From the NCBI GenBank assembly GCA_024280415.1, contig JAJRQE010000026.1, forward strand, positions 1-58,739: a stretch of 58,739 nt of DNA, written 5' to 3'. This DNA is from Spirochaetota bacterium. GTDB taxonomy: Bacteria; Spirochaetota; Spirochaetia; B11-G9. A program made the translations under genes and the position numbers. Below the pieces are notes generated by a model. That model ran no database searches. It saw only the letters and a program-made list of their open reading frames with translations, and was not told the DNA's origin. The first letter of the stretch is position 1; each line of letters starts with the position of its first letter. Positions 53,762 to 58,739 of the stretch are shown here, piece by piece.

Positions 53762-55087
53762 TCAGCCTTCATACTTCCAGCGTTTTTTATAAGAAAGAGA
53801 ATCCAGCAGTTCCAGATATTTGTCTTTAGACAACTTTGGTGTAAAATCTCTAATAATTTTCTTAGCAGTTTCTGCTTCTCCATAGAGAAGGTCAATAACT
53901 GTAAGTACATATATTTTTGAAGAAATTATATATGCCATTTCTTCCTCTGCAACCCTGAATTCTCTGGAATGAAGTTCCCCGCTGAATGAGCCTACATAAG
54001 GGTGTATGCCTGGTTTTATCTGTGTCAGATCTCCCATATCTGTGGAACCGCCCCGGGGACGAATATACAATACATTTTCTTTGCCAATAAGTTCAGCCGC
54101 ATTTTTTGCCCATATACTTTTTAACTGACTATTATTTTCAACTGGCAGGTATCCCGGTGTATTGCTTATCTCCACCTGTGCCCCTACGGCCATTGCTCCA
54201 GCCATTAAAGCGATGTCAATTTTTTTATTTATCGCTTTTATTGCTTTAACGGTTCTGGCCCTTACATAAAGTTCAACTTTAACTTCCGATGGTACATTAT
54301 TTACACCATCACCCCCTTTTGTAATTATGGGGTGAACTCTGACAGAATCTTCATCCCTGAAGGTTTCTCTTTGTGCATGAATTGCTGACAAAGCTATATT
54401 AAAGGCATTCAATGCATTGATACCGTTATACGGTGAATCTCCAGCATGTGCCTCTTTTCCGATAAAACGAATATTCTTACCAATAAAACCGTTACTTCCA
54501 TCCGCTATCAGAGCCTTCCTTCCAGAATATTCTGACTGCGCATGCTGCATAATTACTATATCGATATCATCAAACTCACCAAGGCGAATGAGTTCCTGTT
54601 TCCCCCCGTAATACTTTATATGCCCCTCTTTTTTAAGGGTTTCTCTAAATTCAAGATTAATATATTCTTCAGCGGGAACCACAAATAGTACTATCTGGCC
54701 GGAAAGATTATCTGCAATTTTCTTTAATCCAATTGCTGCACCTATTAATTGTGCAATCTGGGCAAAATGACCACAGGCATGGGCTGCACCGGTTTTTGTA
54801 TCTGCAAAAGGGTAATCATTGTTTATAATAGCATCAAGTTCGGCAATAATAGCTATTACCGGTCCTTCCTTACCTTCCCCCAGGACACCCTTTATACCTG
54901 TAATAGCAAGATCACTTCGATATTTAATACCAATATCTTCAAATGCTTTTTTGACTTTTCGAGCTGTTTTATATTCTTTAAATCCTTCTTCGGGTTCATG
55001 AAGAATTGATTTGGCAATATCAATAATTTTATCCCTGTGTTTATCAATCTCACTGAATGCAGTATCAACCAAAGCTTTTTTAGTCAT
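53762..55087 (-). CDS. M20 family amidohydrolase
   Basis: PEEGFKE, AELDA, HACGH, PAEE, GSTDMG. Confidence 0.9.
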   Translation of the reverse strand: MTKKALVDTAFSEIDKHRDKIIDIAKSILHEPEEGFKEYKTARKVKKAFEDIGIKYRSDLAITGIKGVLGEGKEGPVIAIIAELDAIINNDYPFADTKTGAAHACGHFAQIAQLIGAAIGLKKIADNLSGQIVLFVVPAEEYINLEFRETLKKEGHIKYYGGKQELIRLGEFDDIDIVIMQHAQSEYSGRKALIADGSNGFIGKNIRFIGKEAHAGDSPYNGINALNAFNIALSAIHAQRETFRDEDSVRVHPIITKGGDGVNNVPSEVKVELYVRARTVKAIKAINKKIDIALMAGAMAVGAQVEISNTPGYLPVENNSQLKSIWAKNAAELIGKENVLYIRPRGGSTDMGDLTQIKPGIHPYVGSFSGELHSREFRVAEEEMAYIISSKIYVLTVIDLLYGEAETAKKIIRDFTPKLSKDKYLELLDSLSYKKRWKYEG

Positions 55088-55169
55088 CAGCTAATTATCC
55101 TTTTTTCCTGAGATATTTTCTGTATCAAAAAACTATTATAATAATACAGGTTGTTTAGGCTGAAGGCTC

Positions 55170-55384
55170 CTAGTGTCCTGATTTTGAATTAACTTCGCAA
55201 TAAGGCTCCCATCTCGAATTAAATCAGATGTGACATCGGCAAAGAACCTTTCAACAAGATTCATCCAGGAACTCCCTGTTGGTGTAAAGTGCATATTAAA
55301 CCGGGGATGTTTCTCGAGCCAATCTTTTATATTCTGATGTTTATGAGCCGAATAGTTATCAACAATCAAATGTAAATCTAAATC
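55170..55384 (-). mobile_element. IS630-family remnant (C-terminal transposase fragment plus element end)
   Basis: DLHLIVDNYSAHKH...HFTPTGSSWMNLVERFF DDE motif; end-like sequence CTAG-TGTCCTG at 55170. Confidence 0.75.
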
Positions 55385-55690
55385 CTGAATCCGTATCAAA
55401 ATACCAGTATTAAAAAGCAACCCCATAGGCTATAATGATTTAGCTACAAATCCATGTTCACCGAGGGTTTCAAGTGAAATTCACTATAGACTCTACCACA
55501 GATCAGGTTCAAAGCACAGGCGGAATTGCATTAGCAACGAAAATATCCGTAAAAATTGGTTTGAATTTTTCAGATGATAAATTCAAAAACCAATTCGTAC
55601 ATCCAGAGATACTTAGAATAACGTACGGCCTGTTTATCCAGGGCAGAAACACTTTTGAAGAAATCAAGCTCTTTCGTTTTGATCCATTGG
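55384..55690 (+). mobile_element. IS1380-like remnant (left end plus N-terminal transposase fragment)
   Basis: Starts CCTGAAT exactly where IS630 similarity stops; ORF from 55474 has STGGIAL...QGRNTFEEI..FRFDP resembling IS1380 transposase N-termini. Confidence 0.5.
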
Positions 55691-55748
55691 ATTATCAGAT
55701 GCTGGTACTGCCACATGTTGGAAGAAATCAAAAAGCTAAGGAGCTCAC

Positions 55749-56660
55749 ATGAAAGAAAACGAGTTGCTAAACAAAACACTAGAGATTCTTGAAAAAAAAG
55801 GGAGTAAGCCGGCTTATAGTTTTATATCCTCAAATCTAAATTGTTTGGAAGCTCTATCGAGTCAAGTTTATAATTTTCTATATTGCCTTGCTGCCACATC
55901 AAATAAAAAAGGCGAAGCATTAAATTGGCTAACAATGGCCATTATAAAAAACAAAATATGGTATAGACCTGAAGTATTTGATGATGAAGACTTAAATTCA
56001 ATTAGGCAAGAAAAAATATTCTTAAAGGTTTTGAAGATCTCAAATGAACGATATCTTGAAGCATTAAAAGAAACATCAACTGTTATTTCCTGGAAAAAAA
56101 GAACTTGTGATAATATCATGCTCTGTTTACATGGAAATCAACAAAATAATGATATGAATAAAGAACACTGGAATTGTTTCAAAAATAGTAATTTACAGGT
56201 TGAATACTTACAATCCAAGGAGATTGATTCATATAATTTATTCAGATGGGAAGATCAGGGAAGTGGCTCGAAACACCTTAAAAGTTCATTAGTTCAAATG
56301 GATTGGGACTCGTATCAAACAAGAATATTAAGTGGTTTTTCTTCTGGTTGTAATGTGATATTAAAAGCAATGCTTGAAGAAGAGATCACTTGTGAGAAAA
56401 TTATCTTGCAATCCCCATGGATTCCAATAATCGAGAAATCTGGTGATTTAATTGCTAAGAAAATTAAAAAACTAAACATTCAGGTTTTAATAGTGTGTGG
56501 TGACTAGGATCTAGATTGTTTTCCTTTATACAAATCATTCTTAAAGTGTGCTAATGAAAGTGATTTAAAAATCAGTGCAAATATTATTACAGGATTGAAT
56601 CATGATTATCCAGAAAACTTTAAGGGAATAGTTACGAATTTTATTTATAAAGATAGTTAA
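55749..56660 (+). pseudogene. Alpha/beta hydrolase with N-terminal helical domain, interrupted by an in-frame TAG at 56505-56507
   Basis: LHGN oxyanion and GFSSG nucleophile motifs; the frame continues CGD*DLDC...GLNHDYP to TAA 56660. Confidence 0.75.
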
Positions 56661-56796
56661 AATGGAATAATAAGAGGTGAGGATCATGGATACTGCAAAA
56701 ATATTTGATAGAGAATCTGGAAATTAAAAATTGGGTTAAGAACAGTTGAAGGGGACGGGGGAACCAGAACTCAGGCTCATACCCCGAACTGTCCCA

Positions 56797-57540
56797 TTAC
56801 GTGAAAAACGGGAGGAACCAGGGTTCCAACGATGTAAAGACCAGAACAATTAACAAGCCAGGAAGAAAATTTGCTGTTTTTATCTCTTTCAACCCCAGTA
56901 GATTAATTCCAATCATTAGAACAAGAATCCCTCCCAGACCAGATAATTCTGTCAACCCATGCTCCCCTATCAAAGGGGCAACCCATTGAGCCAGTAATGT
57001 CAGACCACCCTGATATAATAAAATAGTGATTACAGAAAAAATTACACCGATACCCATAGCAGCAGTAAACATTACTGCCATAAATCCATCCAGAACAGAT
57101 TTCATTAGTATTAAATCATAATCTCCCTCTGCACCTGCTTTAATCGCACCAACAATAGTCATAGCACCTACACAGAATAAAACAGAAGCATTTAAAAAAC
57201 CATGTGCAAATGATTTATCTGAATCCTCTGTCCCTAATTTCGAATTGGCTCTTTTCCTTCTTCCCGAAGGGGTAAAATGTCTTTCAAGAAAAGATCCCAT
57301 ATTCAATATATGATCCTCAATTTTCCACAGACTCCCAAGTATTCCACCAAAGAAGAGAGAAATAATCACATAAAGAATCATTTGAGATTCGAAAGCCATC
57401 TGCATGCCTATTACAAGAGTCAAAACACCGGCACTTGTAAAAACAACATCTTTTATCTCGGAACTTATTTTTCGATGCAGGGTCAGACCAATCAGGGAGC
57501 CAATAATTACAGTAATACAGTTTATTATAGTTGCTATCAT
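56797..57540 (-). CDS. DUF554 family membrane protein
   Basis: MIATIIN...; ASVLFCVGAMTIVG; KSVLDG; ANFLPGL. Confidence 0.9.
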   Translation of the reverse strand: MIATIINCITVIIGSLIGLTLHRKISSEIKDVVFTSAGVLTLVIGMQMAFESQMILYVIISLFFGGILGSLWKIEDHILNMGSFLERHFTPSGRRKRANSKLGTEDSDKSFAHGFLNASVLFCVGAMTIVGAIKAGAEGDYDLILMKSVLDGFMAVMFTAAMGIGVIFSVITILLYQGGLTLLAQWVAPLIGEHGLTELSGLGGILVLMIGINLLGLKEIKTANFLPGLLIVLVFTSLEPWFLPFFT

Positions 57541-57546
57541 AAGGGT

Positions 57547-57575
57547 ACTATAACAAATAGGGATAATATTGTGAA
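57547..57575 (-). promoter_or_regulatory. Sigma70 promoter of the DUF554 gene (leaderless candidate)
   Basis: TTCACA-17 bp-TATAGT with extended TG, 6 nt before ATG 57540. Confidence 0.55.
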
Positions 57576-57643
57576 GAACTCCTAACAATTGACAACAAAG
57601 AGTCGATGATTGTATTATATATACCACAAAAAGGGAGAAATGC

Positions 57644-57952
57644 ATGCTGAATGCTGAATCCGTTATGACAGAATCAAAAGTTAATGCAACAGAAAAAATT
57701 TACTGTGCAAACTGCATACACTGCAAACTTGTAAAAAGCAGTAAAGACAGTGGAAACCAATACTACCTAAGAGTTAAGTGTACCGCAGGAAAATGGAAAA
57801 AGAAACTTGGTGAAGAAAAAGTATATAAATACTTTACAGTAGCCAGACGATCTCTGGACTCCTGTGATGCGTACGGACCTATGGGAGATCCGGCAGACTT
57901 CATCAAAGAGCTTAAAAAAACTCTCCCGATAAAAGATGAAATTTATTCATAA
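57644..57952 (+). CDS. Small cysteine-rich hypothetical protein
   Basis: SD GGGAG; YCANCIHC plus two further Cys; upstream TTGACA...TATTAT. Confidence 0.75.
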   Translation: MLNAESVMTESKVNATEKIYCANCIHCKLVKSSKDSGNQYYLRVKCTAGKWKKKLGEEKVYKYFTVARRSLDSCDAYGPMGDPADFIKELKKTLPIKDEIYS

Positions 57953-57965
57953 CAGAGAAGGACGA

Positions 57966-58328
57966 ATGAAAAAACTTGTAATATTGTTAACTGTAGTAAT
58001 TCTATTTTCCTCGTGTGTTACCAAACCACAGGAAATTGATGAATCACTCAACCCTGCAGAGCTCTTTCAGCTTGCGCAGGCAGCATCTGAATCCAAAAAC
58101 TATGATACAGCCATTAATTACTATGAGGTCTTTATACGAAATTATTCTGATGATATTCAACGCTTGGTTGAAGCAGAATATGAAATTGCTTTTATAACCT
58201 ATAAACAGGGTGATAAAAACAGAGCAAAAAATCTATTTACCAGTCTTCTAAAAAGGTATGAAGGTGACGGATCTCAGGTACTCCCTGCATGGCCTATGGT
58301 TCTATCCCAAAAACTACTAAAAAAATAA
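57966..58328 (+). CDS. TPR/BamD-like lipoprotein
   Basis: MKKLVILLTVVILFSSC lipobox; TPR-like helices. Confidence 0.8.
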   Translation: MKKLVILLTVVILFSSCVTKPQEIDESLNPAELFQLAQAASESKNYDTAINYYEVFIRNYSDDIQRLVEAEYEIAFITYKQGDKNRAKNLFTSLLKRYEGDGSQVLPAWPMVLSQKLLKK

Positions 58329-58361
58329 ATACCGAAACTATGTAAATATTTTTTAAAAGAT

Positions 58362-58398
58362 CAGCTATAGAGATATAAGGTTAACACCTCTATAGCTG
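58362..58398. terminator. Hairpin between convergent genes
   Basis: cagctatagag...ctctatagctg. Confidence 0.6.
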
Positions 58399-58739
58399 TT
58401 AACGTCTCCTTAAAAATTTTCCATCCACAATCAGTAATCCAATTGTTATAATTCCAAATCCAAGAAAAGATCTCAAGCCTGGTGTTTCTCCAAGTAGCAA
58501 CATTCCCAAAAGGAGAGCAGTAAGAGGAATCAAAAATGTGACAAGGAGAAGATTCGTCGGGCCGATTCTTGATAATAATCTGAAATAGATCAGATATGCC
58601 AGTGCTGTGGAAAACAGTGCAATACTTACCATCGAAATCCAGGTGGCATTAACAATCGTAATATTTCCTGGCTTATCGATAAAAACTACAAGAGGAAGCA
58701 AATATATTGAAGCTGCAGTAAGCATTCCCGCCGTAAGAA
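58399..58739 (-). CDS. EamA/DMT family transporter, 3' part
   Basis: STALAYLIYFRLL...VTFLIP...LLGE. Confidence 0.85.
   Translation of the reverse strand, partial: LTAGMLTAASIYLLPLVVFIDKPGNITIVNATWISMVSIALFSTALAYLIYFRLLSRIGPTNLLLVTFLIPLTALLLGMLLLGETPGLRSFLGFGIITIGLLIVDGKFLRRR

Noticed and set aside
53586-55730. Integron attC-like cores (GTTAGAT at 53586, GTTGGAA near 55717)
   Set aside because: No matching RYYYAAC inverse core or attC-type hairpin, and no integrase in the window
56751-56795. GC-rich imperfect inverted repeat (gggacgggg...ctgtccc) after the DUF554 gene
   Set aside because: Pairing is too loose to call a terminator or repeat family from a single copy
1-58739. Alternative genetic code explaining the in-frame TAA (rpoB) and TAG (hydrolase)
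   Set aside because: TAA, TAG and TGA all terminate conserved genes at the expected positions in this window

Overview
AT-rich bacterial chromosome segment, most likely from a spirochaete (Spirochaetales-like, judged from protein families and gene order). About 28 kb (23170-50891, minus strand) is the core translation/transcription superoperon: tRNA-Thr, rpmG, tRNA-Trp, secE, nusG, rplKAJL, rpoBC, rpsLG, tuf, then the S10-spc-alpha blocks. fusA, adk, map and infA are absent from it. Downstream on the minus strand lie a large acidic-repeat membrane protein, rny-ymdB-tlyA, ptsI-der, a candidate energised envelope operon (large TPR protein, small outer-membrane barrel, ExbB, ExbD, TonB-like), a HAD hydrolase, a membrane-anchored coiled-coil protein and the start of grpE. 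The right end holds glgP, a small decayed accessory patch (M20 amidohydrolase, nested IS630/IS1380-like remnants, an alpha/beta hydrolase with an in-frame TAG) and a few housekeeping-type genes. Notable oddities: an in-frame TAA in rpoB and a 1-nt frameshift in rplX (sequencing error not excluded), three 28-bp GTAG...CTAC REP-like palindromes, several apparently leaderless genes, a structured tuf leader where fusA usually sits, and an unannotated 47-aa ORF coupled to der. All family calls come from motif recognition by eye, with no database searches.
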